A DNA stretch of 42,242 nucleotides, taken from a virus. Lineage: Duplodnaviria > Caudoviricetes. This document shows positions 17,226 through 26,723 of this stretch, piece after piece. Made by a program: the position numbers and the translations under genes. Positions within the stretch are counted from its first letter, which is position 1. The number at the start of each line of letters is the position of its first letter. The notes beneath the pieces were generated by a model, which worked only from the letters and a program-made list of their open reading frames with translations, did no database searches and was not told the origin of the DNA. Where the stretch lies: the IMG/VR virus record IMGVR_UViG_3300044698_000097, positions 1 to 42,242 of that record. The stretch is one strand, 5' to 3'.

Positions 17226-18953
17226 TCAGACCAGTTCGAGCGCGGGGCTGTCGCTGGTGCACTGCGTGTTGCCGCAGCCGCAGCCGGAGGCAACCGGGAT
17301 CTCGAAGTAGTACGCGCTGCACCCGCGGAAGCACGTCTTCTCGAACGACTCCGCGAACGCCTGGCGGTCGTTTGTGGCGTTCAGCATCGAGTCGTGGATG
17401 TCGGTGCCCAGGTCGAGCGTGCCGCCGTCGAGGAAGACGAACGCGTCTTCGGGCTGGATGTAGACGCCGGCGTCGGCCGGGATCTCGCCGGGCAGCAGAA
17501 TGCGGTGCTGCTCACCGTCGAACGTGCCGTCGAACGTCCACACCGGGGTGACGCCGACGTCGTTGAGCCACGCGTTGATGGTGGCGTCCGCGAGCTGAAG
17601 CGACCCGATGTTGTTGGCGACGCCCAGGTTCGTGATGACCTGGTTGCGCAGGTAGTCACGGATGTACGCGTCCGCGATGACCCGGTACCGGCGGGTCATG
17701 TTGCGCTGCGCGGAACGGTCGGCGGCAACGATGCTGTTGATGCCGGTGAGGAACGACGCGAGCGTGTTGCACCCGTCGACGACGCCCAGGTTGACCGACG
17801 CGGCGTGGATCTCCTCGATGATCTTCTGCTCTGCGACGCGGTCGAACTCCGCCATGAGCAGCGCGAGCGACGATGCCCAGAACTCCGGCGCGAACTGCGC
17901 CTGGAAGTTGCCCACGGTCACACAGCGCACGACGGCGTCGGTGGCGCAGGTCAGCTCTTCGGGGCACAGGATCGGCGGGCAGGGCTTCGTCGGGGACACC
18001 CCGGGCGACTCCGGGGAGTCGGCGGCGCACGCGGCCATGTCGTCTTCCAGTGTCCAGATGGACACGTTCTGCGACAGGTCACCGATGCTCATGGCCGGGG
18101 CAAAGGTGATCTTGCCGCGCGTGGCCTGGAACTGCGGCAGCGCGTCACGGATCGGACGGCCTTCCTCCGAGCACACGGGGTGCGTGTGGTCGACGTCGCC
18201 GGGGCCACAGAGCCCACACGCGGCGGCCAGCGGCGTCTGCTGACCCTGACCAGCACCGAACCACGACAGCATGCGCTGATTGTTCAGGTCGACGTTGAAC
18301 CCGAGCTGCCGCGACTCGTCGAACTCGCGGTTCAGCCGGAACAGGTGGCCCGGGTTGCCCGGGTTCATGATCTGCTTGGCGTGGGTCGAGAACAGCGCGC
18401 CCAGCTCGCTGAAGTCGCCACGGTCCAGGTCGAAGTTCGACGCGACACCGACACCCTTGTGCCGAATGCCACGCTTCGCGACGGGTGCGGGGGCCTCCGG
18501 CACGCGGTCCTTCGCCATGGCCTTGATGCGCGCCACGATGGACGAACCGGTCGACGCGGCCACGGGCTCCGCGGCCTTCGGGTCAGCGCCCGCCGGATCC
18601 GTGTCGCCCGCCTTCGGGTCGTCGCCGGCCTTCGGCTCACCGCCGTTGGCGTCCGCTGCGGCCTTCGCGTCCGCTGCCGCCTTCGCGTCGTCGTCGTCGA
18701 AGATGCCGGTGCGCAGGGCCTTCAGCTCTTCGCGAGCCTTCTTGTCCTCGTCGGCGCGCTTGTCCAGCTCCTTGCCGATGGCCTGCACACCGGCGTGCAG
18801 CTCCTTCGCCAGTTCGAGATCCGGCGTGTCCGCCTTCGTCGCGGCGTCGAGAGCTTCCTTCAGCTCCGTCTGCGCGGCGTTCAGGTCGGCGGTGGTGGGC
18901 TTGTCGTCGCCGTCGAGCGCGGCGAGGATCTTGAGCGGATCGGGCTTTGCCAT
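17226..18953 (-). CDS. major capsid protein with an N-terminal scaffold domain
   Basis: Charged helical N-terminal ~245 aa, then LPQFQATRG, KPC..C and LDGGTLDLG..DS.LNATND...F.E.FE. Confidence 0.9.
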   Translation of the reverse strand: MAKPDPLKILAALDGDDKPTTADLNAAQTELKEALDAATKADTPDLELAKELHAGVQAIGKELDKRADEDKKAREELKALRTGIFDDDDAKAAADAKAAADANGGEPKAGDDPKAGDTDPAGADPKAAEPVAASTGSSIVARIKAMAKDRVPEAPAPVAKRGIRHKGVGVASNFDLDRGDFSELGALFSTHAKQIMNPGNPGHLFRLNREFDESRQLGFNVDLNNQRMLSWFGAGQGQQTPLAAACGLCGPGDVDHTHPVCSEEGRPIRDALPQFQATRGKITFAPAMSIGDLSQNVSIWTLEDDMAACAADSPESPGVSPTKPCPPILCPEELTCATDAVVRCVTVGNFQAQFAPEFWASSLALLMAEFDRVAEQKIIEEIHAASVNLGVVDGCNTLASFLTGINSIVAADRSAQRNMTRRYRVIADAYIRDYLRNQVITNLGVANNIGSLQLADATINAWLNDVGVTPVWTFDGTFDGEQHRILLPGEIPADAGVYIQPEDAFVFLDGGTLDLGTDIHDSMLNATNDRQAFAESFEKTCFRGCSAYYFEIPVASGCGCGNTQCTSDSPALELV

Positions 18954-19088
18954 GTCTGTTCCTTTCGACAGGGCACGGAATGGTCACGTGGCCTGCCTGA
19001 CAGACAGTCGCCTACCCGGATAGTAGCGCCTAGGCTCGCGCGTGTCCGGTACCCCGCGGCCATCTGGGTTCCCGCAGGGTGCCGGACA

Positions 19089-20012
19089 TCACTGCGCCAG
19101 GGTCTCGACGTGCCGCACGAACGTGAGCTGGTCACGCTGGTAGGTGATCTTCGCTGCCCGCTTGCGGACGTCGGCGCTCGCGGCCTTCCACGCCTTCGTG
19201 TCGGTCATGAGCTGGTTGACGGTGCGCGTCCACTTCGGGATGTCTGCGCGCGGCACGTAGATGCCGTGACCGCCCATGGCTTCCCTGATCCCCGGGTCGT
19301 TGGACGCGATCAGCGGGATGCCGGACACGGCCCCCTCGACGCCGACCCGCCCGTACGATTCGGAGCGGGACGGGAACACCTGCACGCGGCACTGCGCGTA
19401 GAACTCTCGCGGGTCCATGAACTCGACCAGCTCGACGTTCGGCAGCCCCTTGAACAGGCTGACGCCGTTGCCGCGCCCGTCCTTCACGACCAGAAAGCGG
19501 TGTTGCGGCAGCGAGCGCGCGACAGACGCGACGACGGCGCCACCCTTCCACGGCGACGACAGCGACAGCCCGACCTTGCGTCCGGGCTTCGTGCGGTACC
19601 GGTCAGGGTCGATCGGCGGCGGAACGACGATCTTCCGGTACCGGCTGCCCTTGTCGACTGCGGCGCACGCGTTCGACGGGTACCAGACCATGTCGGCCAG
19701 GCGCAGGCCCGGGTCGTTGGTCTGGTAGCTGTGCTGGAACATCAGCCGCTTCGCTCGTGCACGGTTGATGAGCCCCAGCGTTCCGGACGGTAGCCCGGAG
19801 TTGTACAGCACGACGTCATAGCGGGTGTCAGAGCGGTACTGACCCAGCGGTTGCACGGTCAGGGGTGCGTCGATGGGCTGCACGAACCGGGGCGACGGCA
19901 CGAACACGTCGACGTCGTGACCACGGAGCGCGAGCGGCACCACCAGCTCGACGACGGTGGTGGCGCGCCCGCGCCCGTACGCGAACCCCTGCGCGAAGAC
20001 AGCGACCCTCAC
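19089..20012 (-). CDS. glycosyltransferase, GT-B fold (GT4-like)
   Basis: LALRGHDVDV, VFPSRSESYGRVGVEGAVSGIPLIAS (E-x7-E), PGIREA; GTGA-coupled to the protease gene. Confidence 0.9.
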   Translation of the reverse strand: MRVAVFAQGFAYGRGRATTVVELVVPLALRGHDVDVFVPSPRFVQPIDAPLTVQPLGQYRSDTRYDVVLYNSGLPSGTLGLINRARAKRLMFQHSYQTNDPGLRLADMVWYPSNACAAVDKGSRYRKIVVPPPIDPDRYRTKPGRKVGLSLSSPWKGGAVVASVARSLPQHRFLVVKDGRGNGVSLFKGLPNVELVEFMDPREFYAQCRVQVFPSRSESYGRVGVEGAVSGIPLIASNDPGIREAMGGHGIYVPRADIPKWTRTVNQLMTDTKAWKAASADVRKRAAKITYQRDQLTFVRHVETLAQ

Positions 20013-20713
20013 GAAGCGGTCTCCAGTACCGGCCATGCGGGGTGCACGACCATGTGCGCGGACACCAGCGTGTTCCGGCCGTTCGTCTCGAACGTGGGGA
20101 TCTGCTCGATGCTCACCGGCGCCCCTGCGGCCTGTGAGAGAAAGCCCGGATCGATGGTCGGAACGATGCTTCCGGCCACCGCGAGGCGCCCGCTGCCATC
20201 CTCCCACGCACGCACCCGTGCGACGACGGTGGATGTGTCCTCGTGGATGCGGCGCACGTCCGACGCCGTCATGCCGGCATACAGGTCCGCGTGCTTCCCG
20301 CCGGCGGTCAGGACACCCGTGCGGATGACTTCCCCGTTGTCGAGCGTCGTGGTCCATGAGTGGAAGTTGGACAGCTTCGGGTCCGGGTCGGGCTGGTACC
20401 GCTGGCACCGGGTCATGTCGCCGTTGCGGAAGCATCCCTGCCCAGCGATGTGCCCCGTGATGCGCCCGTCAGGGTGGAACGTGAGCGGCTGCATGGCGTT
20501 GCCCCGCGCGTCCCACTTCGCGAAGTGGTCGGCGGGGTAGACCACGGCCTGCGCGACCGTGGTGGCCGCTGCGGCGATGGGCTTGTCTGTGACGACGACG
20601 CCGTCAGGCGCCGTGAGCAGCGTCGGGCAGGTGTCGCAGTCGGCGCCGCCACGCAGGCGCTCGCTGAACCGCTGCGCGAGCTTCAGCGCCCCGTATCGCT
20701 TCAGGGGGTCCAT
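20009..20713 (-). CDS. capsid maturation protease
   Basis: GRITGHIA...C...NFH...GVLTAGGKHA...VARVRAWED...VAG; lies between portal and capsid. Confidence 0.7.
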   Translation of the reverse strand: MDPLKRYGALKLAQRFSERLRGGADCDTCPTLLTAPDGVVVTDKPIAAAATTVAQAVVYPADHFAKWDARGNAMQPLTFHPDGRITGHIAGQGCFRNGDMTRCQRYQPDPDPKLSNFHSWTTTLDNGEVIRTGVLTAGGKHADLYAGMTASDVRRIHEDTSTVVARVRAWEDGSGRLAVAGSIVPTIDPGFLSQAAGAPVSIEQIPTFETNGRNTLVSAHMVVHPAWPVLETAS

Positions 20714-21189
20714 CAGTCGTCCTCTCCGTCACCGAACGGGCACGGCGGCCACGTCTCGTCTTCGTCGCGGATCTGCCCGTACAGGGAGCAGATACGGGCC
20801 TCGATGCGCGGCACCTCGTCAGCCGGGATGTCCGCGGCGCCCACCCCGCGCCCGCCGGCGGTGGCCGCGACACCCCGGGGCACGATCCGCAGTTCGCCGT
20901 CGACGACGTCCGCGAACCCCAGCGAGTAGGCGCCCATCGTGGACGGATCCGCGTCGGCGTCGCGGTACAGAAACGCGCGCGACACCGCTTCCGTGTCAAC
21001 GTTGCCGCCCTCGTCGGTGTACAGCTCGAACACGCGCCGTCGCGCTCCCGCGCCGTCCCACTCCAGATCCCGCGCTGCGATCGGCAGGTCAGTCGACCCG
21101 ATCACCGCGGCGGCTAGTGCCTTGTCGACGAAGCCCTGCCGCAGCTTCGCCAGCTTGAAATTCGCCAGTGCATCGTTCACGCTCGTCAC
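20713..21189 (-). CDS. head-assembly-associated protein
   Basis: LPIAARDLEWDG...RAFLYRD...AYSLGFADVVDGELRIVPRGV domain, seen with actinophage protease genes. Confidence 0.65.
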   Translation of the reverse strand: MTSVNDALANFKLAKLRQGFVDKALAAAVIGSTDLPIAARDLEWDGAGARRRVFELYTDEGGNVDTEAVSRAFLYRDADADPSTMGAYSLGFADVVDGELRIVPRGVAATAGGRGVGAADIPADEVPRIEARICSLYGQIRDEDETWPPCPFGDGEDD

Positions 21190-23210
21190 CCTCCCAGGGT
21201 CGGTTGAAGCTCGGACCATCCCGTGTCGACACGCACCAGCTCCGCCGGCGCCGCGACACATTCACACCCCGCATGATCCCCGGGGAACGCGAGAAACCCG
21301 CCAGCGAACACGGGAATCTGGTCCACCAGTGCGTCTTTCAGGGACAGGTGCACCGGGTGCGGGTGCAGCCCCTGGTACAGGTGCAGCCACCGGTACAGCG
21401 TGCCGCCACCAGCCGACTGCACGGGCGCGAGCTGGTGGTCACGCCTGAGAACTGCCATCGTCGACGCCGCCAGCGCTATCCCGCTGACGGCCCCCCCAAA
21501 ATCCGACGCTTCACCTCCGCCGGCTATGGTCGCGATCTGCCGGGCCGACATGCTCGCCTCCGCCGTGCCGGTGCCACCGCCGCGGATGGCCGCGACCACC
21601 GACCCGACGGCGGCCAGGAACGCTTCACTGGCGCCGATCACGCGTGGATCCTCTGCGGTCGACGTCGGGATGTCGATGCCCATGGCGCGGATCCTGCCCT
21701 GCGCGCGGGTGATGATCCGCAGCACCCGCACGAGGGCTTCCTGCGCGGTCTGCGTCAGCGTCGCTTCGGCGTTCGGGATCTCCCCCTGGTAGGTGCGTGC
21801 GATCTCGATGTTGGACACGTCGCGGGGCAGCGCCATGCCGGGTCGTCCCTGCGACAGGGAGCGGATGCGGGCGCCCAGCTTTTCGAGCACCCGGTCAGCG
21901 ATGTCCTGCACGAGATCCTGGAAGCTGGCGTACGCCTGTTCGTCGATCTCTGCCAGGCGCCGCCCGTCGATCTCGACCCCCTGCGCGCCGATCGCCGCGG
22001 TGGTCGGCTGCGTGGCCTGCGTGATCTGCCGCTGCTCTGACACCTCGATGACCGGTTCGGCGTTCGCTTCCTGATCTGGCTGGGGGCCGGCCTCGATCTG
22101 CTGCCGCCCGGGGCCAGACTCCGACTCCGGGGCTCCGAGCTGTTCGCGCGCCCACTCGTCGGACACCAGGCCCGCTTCCCACGCTGCGAGCACGTCAGCG
22201 ATCGCCGGGCGGCGCTTCAGCAGCGGTGCCGGGTCCGGGGTGATCTCGATGGCGTCGACGTCGGCGCCGGTGAGCATCGCGATAGCCGCGGCCATGGCCT
22301 GCCCGACGGGCGCCGCCAGGGGCTCGACGTGCCCCAACCAGTTGTCTTCCTGGGATGCCCACGCTGTCCAGTGGGTGGAGTCTTCCAGGCCCAGCAGCAG
22401 CGACGGCGTGATGTCCAGGCCCACCGCGAGCTGCCTGATCAGCCGGTCGACGCGCTCGTGCAGCCGCTCGTCGATGGGGCCGGTGAAGTCGAGTGTCTTC
22501 CACCCGTCGATGTACTGCTGCGGCCACCCGATCAGGTTCGGCACCGCGACGGACGCCGACTTTTCGTCCGTCAGCGGGTCCATCATGACCTTCGCTATCT
22601 TGCGCTCGAACGCCTCCGGGTCGGGGCCGGCCCCTTCCTTCGGGTACAGCACCGTCAAGAGCTGCGCGGTGCGGTTCCTCGCGGTGGCGCGGGCCTGCGC
22701 ACGGGTCAGGATGAGTTCGGTCGCGATGTCCTTCACGGCCATCACCGGGGAGTCAGCGCGCTCGTCTAGCGCCGGGTCCTCGATGACCACCTGCACGACG
22801 GCGGTAGCGGCCTCCGCGACCTTCTTCTGATCGTGGGGGAGCGGCGAGCGGATGATGCGCCACCGGGGCTTGCCTGCCTGGCTCTGCGGGGTGCGGATCA
22901 GGTAGAACTGGCCCGCCACCTGAAGATGGATCGCCGCGTAGGTCGCGATGCCGCGCAGGTCGTTGCCGAACGCCTGCCGCATGACCTCTTCGGAGTCGTC
23001 GACCTCGTCACCCTCGATACTGAGGCGCCAGTCCAGCCGGCCGACCAGGCGGGCCTGTTGGTTGACGGCGTAGTGGACCTCCGGGACACACCGGTAGATG
23101 TGCCACAGGTCCGTGTCGATCAGGCTTGTCCGGGGATGGTTCGGTATGCGGTCAAATGACCGGACCGTTGCCGCCGTGATCGGTTCGTCAGCGTTTCGGA
23201 ACAGGCCCAT
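21186..23210 (-). CDS. portal protein with a C-terminal MuF-like extension
   Basis: VPEVHYA, HLQVAGQFY, LAVGLDITPSLLLG..STHWTAW; C-terminal HPHPVH...FPGDHAGCEC. Confidence 0.88.
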   Translation of the reverse strand: MGLFRNADEPITAATVRSFDRIPNHPRTSLIDTDLWHIYRCVPEVHYAVNQQARLVGRLDWRLSIEGDEVDDSEEVMRQAFGNDLRGIATYAAIHLQVAGQFYLIRTPQSQAGKPRWRIIRSPLPHDQKKVAEAATAVVQVVIEDPALDERADSPVMAVKDIATELILTRAQARATARNRTAQLLTVLYPKEGAGPDPEAFERKIAKVMMDPLTDEKSASVAVPNLIGWPQQYIDGWKTLDFTGPIDERLHERVDRLIRQLAVGLDITPSLLLGLEDSTHWTAWASQEDNWLGHVEPLAAPVGQAMAAAIAMLTGADVDAIEITPDPAPLLKRRPAIADVLAAWEAGLVSDEWAREQLGAPESESGPGRQQIEAGPQPDQEANAEPVIEVSEQRQITQATQPTTAAIGAQGVEIDGRRLAEIDEQAYASFQDLVQDIADRVLEKLGARIRSLSQGRPGMALPRDVSNIEIARTYQGEIPNAEATLTQTAQEALVRVLRIITRAQGRIRAMGIDIPTSTAEDPRVIGASEAFLAAVGSVVAAIRGGGTGTAEASMSARQIATIAGGGEASDFGGAVSGIALAASTMAVLRRDHQLAPVQSAGGGTLYRWLHLYQGLHPHPVHLSLKDALVDQIPVFAGGFLAFPGDHAGCECVAAPAELVRVDTGWSELQPTLGG

Positions 23211-23219
23211 GACCGTACC

Positions 23220-23621
23220 CTAGGCGTCCGTTGCTGCGGCGTTGCCGATCTCGACGAGCTTGACCCGAGTGTGGAGTCCCCACGAGTTCCCGCAGCCACA
23301 GCCCGACCAGGAGAACGGCCCCCATGACCCGCGCTTCGCCGCGGTCTGGATTGGCTCGCCGTCTGGGAGCGCGTACCTGGTGACGCTGTCGATGTCCTTC
23401 CCCTTGTTGCGGGACGCCGCGACGTAGATGAACTCGTCGGTGATGATCATGCGCGCGAACCGGTCGCGCTTCCCGTTTCGGGGACCGATGTTCGTGGTCA
23501 CGTCGACGGGGTACAGGTCCGCGGGGGTGCGCAGGGTGGCAGGTTCAGGCCGTAGGGCCTTGCGGCGCGTGACGTCGCGAGCGGGTGCGGGACGGCGGGT
23601 TCCGATGGGCTTTGATCGCAT
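23220..23621 (-). CDS. hypothetical protein preceding the portal
   Basis: TACCAT 6 nt before the ATG (leaderless arrangement); SGCGCGN motif. Confidence 0.7.
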   Translation of the reverse strand: MRSKPIGTRRPAPARDVTRRKALRPEPATLRTPADLYPVDVTTNIGPRNGKRDRFARMIITDEFIYVAASRNKGKDIDSVTRYALPDGEPIQTAAKRGSWGPFSWSGCGCGNSWGLHTRVKLVEIGNAAATDA

Positions 23622-23671
23622 GTCGCGATGGTATGACCATCCGTATGCATAGTTATGGATCCCGGGCATAG

Positions 23672-23716
23672 CGAAGCCCCCGCAACCGTGTCTGGTGTCC
23701 GGTTGCGGGGGCCTTC
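23672..23716 (-). terminator. hairpin downstream of the FtsK/TraB gene
   Basis: GCCCCCGCAACCG ... CGGTTGCGGGGGC. Confidence 0.65.
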
Positions 23717-23763
23717 CCCGCGAAGGGATGAACGCTACGCAGTGAGCACGATAACCCGGGTTC

Positions 23764-25923
23764 TCACCCGCGCCCGTGCGCCGCGAGGACGTCGGCGTGT
23801 CGCGCACCCCGCGCTGACTTGCCACCGATGCGCTGCGTCGAGACCTTGACGCCGGCGTCGGTCAGGCGCCGCGAGACATAGGCCGTGTCGACGTCGGTGG
23901 CGGGGTACTCGTCGGGGTGGCGCTCGACGAGCTGCTGCGCGAGCGCGGCCGACCACGCGTTCACGGCAGGCTTGCCGTCGACGACGGGCCACACCGCGAG
24001 CACGTCGCCTAGGAACGACCGGGTGCCGCCGTCGTGCTCGTCCGGCGCGACGACGCCGGCCGCCATCCCGGTCAGCGTGCCTGCCGCGCGCCGCAGGGCA
24101 GCGGCCTCCGTGACGATGCGCTCGACCTCCGGAAGGTCGACCTTCGCCATCATGGCGCGCACCATGCGCCCACCAGCGGTGCCGACGTACGCGACACCCG
24201 GTGTCTCGATGTCGACGGCGCGGTACCCGCGGCCGTGCGCGTCCGACCCGAGGATCAGGTTGGCGTCGCTGATGTTCGTGACGCCGTGCCCGATGCGGTG
24301 CCCGAGCTGGTCGAGGATGCTCGACGGGATCGCGCCTTCCTTCGTGCCCTGCGTGACCAGGCGCACGATGATCCCGACGGCGCGCGCCGTGCGCACGACG
24401 TCGTCGAGCCGTTCCGCGATCGTGTCGCCGGCCGCCGTGGTGAACGCGCGCTGCGCCTCGTCGACGACGAGCATGATGGGCGGCATGTCGTAGTCGCGGG
24501 CCACCTGGGGTGTCAGCTTCCCTTCAGGGGTCACGGACGCCGGCAGCGATTCGAGGATGCGGCCACGGCGCCCGATCTCCGCCTGAAGCCATGCCAGGTC
24601 GTCCGCGAGCGCCGCCAGGTCTGCACGGCTCGTGCCGGACCGCAGCGTGTGCGCCACGGACGCGAACCCGCGGTAGTCACCCCCGCCCTTCAGGTTGTGG
24701 ATCAGCAGCATCACGGTGGGGTCGCACGCGGCGGCCATCAGTTCGAGGCGCGTGGTGTAGCTCTTGCCCATGCCGGTGCCGCCACCGATCAGGCCGTGCA
24801 CCTCGTGCAGCGGCGCGGTGACGATGTTGCCCTGCGCGTCGACGCCCATGGGCACCGGCTCGAAGAACGACCGGGCCGCGACCTTCGCCCACGGCCACCG
24901 GGGGGGCTTGCGCTCCGACAGCAGCGTGTGCGCAATGAACAGCTCGAACCGCAGCGGGGACACCTCCGGGCGCGCCTCGATGACGACGCACTCGGCGGGG
25001 CGTCCCAGCGCGCCGGCCAGTTCCTCGTGCTTCTTCACGAGGCGCGAGACGGGCACACCCGGGGGCAGGTCAATGACCATGCGCTCGCCGCCCTTGATGG
25101 GCGTGGCGGACACGATGACGGGACCGTGCGTCCCACCGGTGGGCATCGTGACCGGGCCGAACCCTGCGATCGCGAGCGCTTCGGTGACGAACGGGCGCGA
25201 CAGCGGGGGCCGCTTGCCCTTCGCGGTGACGTGCCGGGCTGCGGCCTGCGCCTCCGGGCGACGCGTGAGGATGCGGTGCCCGACGGCGTGCATGGTGACG
25301 TAGGTGGCGCCGACGGCGATCGCGGGCACGAGGCCCCACTGCCCCAGCTCGATCCATGCCCACGCGCCGATGATTGGTGCACTGGCAACGATCAGTCGGC
25401 CGATGCTCGCGCCGGCGTGCGCACGCCGGATGTCCGACCGGGCACTGAGCGTCGGTGCGGCCTTGATCTCGGCGGAGCGCATCACGGCGTCGTCTGCCGC
25501 GACCACCCACCGGAAGCACCGTCGCACGGTCTCACCGGTGCCACGCAGCGCGTACCACGGGGACCGCACCACGTGGCCACCAGCACGCGCCAGGGTGCCG
25601 CCTACGCGCGATTGCACCCACGGGCCGACCTCGCGGCGCTCGCGGGTCACGCGCGTCTCGACCACGGTTCCGTCGTCGACGTCGTCGACGTCGTCGTCGG
25701 TGCACGCCTCGTCGGCGCGCGGGGGAGTCGTGGGCGACAGCTCGTCCCAGGGGATGGTGACGTCGTTGCCCTCGTCGTCGACGAGCCGCACGTACTGGCG
25801 CCCGTCGTCACCGCGCACCAGGGGCGCGTTCCAGATCATCCCGTCGGCGCGGGTGATGAGCACGGTTTCCGGGTCGGTCAGCTCGTCCGGGTCGGGCAGG
25901 TCTACGGGCTCGTTGGTGGTCAT
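23764..25923 (-). CDS. FtsK/SpoIIIE-family DNA translocase, similar to actinomycete plasmid TraB
   Basis: N-terminal TM pair, Walker A GGTGMGKS, Walker B MLVVDEAQ, RAVGI.V.LVTQ and a C-terminal winged-helix-like tail. Confidence 0.88.
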   Translation of the reverse strand: MTTNEPVDLPDPDELTDPETVLITRADGMIWNAPLVRGDDGRQYVRLVDDEGNDVTIPWDELSPTTPPRADEACTDDDVDDVDDGTVVETRVTRERREVGPWVQSRVGGTLARAGGHVVRSPWYALRGTGETVRRCFRWVVAADDAVMRSAEIKAAPTLSARSDIRRAHAGASIGRLIVASAPIIGAWAWIELGQWGLVPAIAVGATYVTMHAVGHRILTRRPEAQAAARHVTAKGKRPPLSRPFVTEALAIAGFGPVTMPTGGTHGPVIVSATPIKGGERMVIDLPPGVPVSRLVKKHEELAGALGRPAECVVIEARPEVSPLRFELFIAHTLLSERKPPRWPWAKVAARSFFEPVPMGVDAQGNIVTAPLHEVHGLIGGGTGMGKSYTTRLELMAAACDPTVMLLIHNLKGGGDYRGFASVAHTLRSGTSRADLAALADDLAWLQAEIGRRGRILESLPASVTPEGKLTPQVARDYDMPPIMLVVDEAQRAFTTAAGDTIAERLDDVVRTARAVGIIVRLVTQGTKEGAIPSSILDQLGHRIGHGVTNISDANLILGSDAHGRGYRAVDIETPGVAYVGTAGGRMVRAMMAKVDLPEVERIVTEAAALRRAAGTLTGMAAGVVAPDEHDGGTRSFLGDVLAVWPVVDGKPAVNAWSAALAQQLVERHPDEYPATDVDTAYVSRRLTDAGVKVSTQRIGGKSARGARHADVLAAHGRG

Positions 25924-25989
25924 GTCCGCCTCTCGTGTGAGGCAGGCGGTAGGTTTGTTTCCGCCTGCACGTGTCGCGTTCGGGTGGTC

Positions 25990-26031
25990 AAGGCTGCGTC
26001 TCCCGTGTCGGCATGCGGGAGACGCAGCCTT
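25990..26031. repeat. perfect 16-bp inverted repeat (terminator or operator)
   Basis: AAGGCTGCGTCTCCCG-10 nt-CGGGAGACGCAGCCTT; a second hairpin GCAGGCGG...CCGCCTGC lies at 25942-25968. Confidence 0.8.
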
Positions 26032-26224
26032 ACTTCGTCTCGTGGGTGATGCGCCGTACCTGCGCCGGTGAGAGACCGGTCCAGCGGGAGATAGCCCGGT
26101 CGGGCACCTCGTCCCCGCTCGCTGCCTTGATGGCCTCGTTGCGCGCGTCCAACAGCGTCTTGGTTTGCGCGGTGTGCGCCGCCAGCTCTTCGGCTGCGGC
26201 GGTGACTAGTTCACGGTGTCCCAT
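26030..26224 (-). CDS. small HTH DNA-binding protein
   Basis: RNEAIKAA...VPDRAISRWTGLSPAQVRRI helix-turn-helix. Confidence 0.75.
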   Translation of the reverse strand: MGHRELVTAAAEELAAHTAQTKTLLDARNEAIKAASGDEVPDRAISRWTGLSPAQVRRITHETK

Positions 26225-26361
26225 GACTACGTATGGTCGCATATCCACCAGGGGGGACGCAAAACCTTACGGGCACGAATCAACCCCCCTTGCACACTAT
26301 CGGGGGCGAACCGTACCGTGGACCACTGACACGCGACACGAACCCCAGGGAAGGCACCCCG

Positions 26362-26550
26362 ATGGACCACCACCGCAAGATCGGCAACTGGCTGCTCGTC
26401 GCGGCCTCGTGCGCGTTCATCGCCGCCGTGACGGCCGGCTACGGTGCCGACGTGTTCGACGGCGTCCGCACGGCGGCCACGGAACTCGTGTGGTTCACGC
26501 GAGTCGCGACCACCGACGCGAAAGAGCTGGTGTGGGTCGCGGCGCAGTGA
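26362..26550 (+). CDS. small membrane protein
   Basis: GGGAAGG RBS; one hydrophobic helix. Confidence 0.6.
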   Translation: MDHHRKIGNWLLVAASCAFIAAVTAGYGADVFDGVRTAATELVWFTRVATTDAKELVWVAAQ

Positions 26551-26723
26551 AGCGCCGACGCAAGCTCTCGCCAGCGGGCAACGGGCCGCTCGCGGTGCTG
26601 CTCTGGTGGCTCTGGAACGTGATCTGGTTCGGGGCCTGCATCCTGGCCACCATCTACCTCGCGCGCATCCTGATAGCGCTGCTGTACTTCGCGCTGGTGC
26701 GGGGAGTGGGCGCGCCATCCTGA
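26547..26723 (+). CDS. small membrane protein
   Basis: GTGA overlap; basic N-terminus followed by a long hydrophobic stretch. Confidence 0.6.
   Translation: MKRRRKLSPAGNGPLAVLLWWLWNVIWFGACILATIYLARILIALLYFALVRGVGAPS

Noticed and set aside
18570-18690. Short tandem repeats in the capsid gene (AKAAAD x2, PKAG x2)
   Set aside because: Ordinary low-complexity linker in the scaffold domain.
17214-19793. 859-aa plus-strand ORF
   Set aside because: It is an antisense shadow of the capsid and glycosyltransferase genes; stop codons are scarce in high-GC DNA and it has no recognisable motifs.
19089-20012. Glycosyltransferase as a DNA hypermodification enzyme
   Set aside because: No hydroxymethylase, TET/JBP or nucleotide-modifying partner is visible and the gene is embedded in the head operon. 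It is not excluded, because the genome is incomplete.
24034-26049. 671-aa plus-strand ORF (and similar long ORFs such as 12656-14158 and 31677-33044)
   Set aside because: These are shadow or alternate frames of well-supported genes, with low-complexity Arg/Ala/Pro-rich translations.
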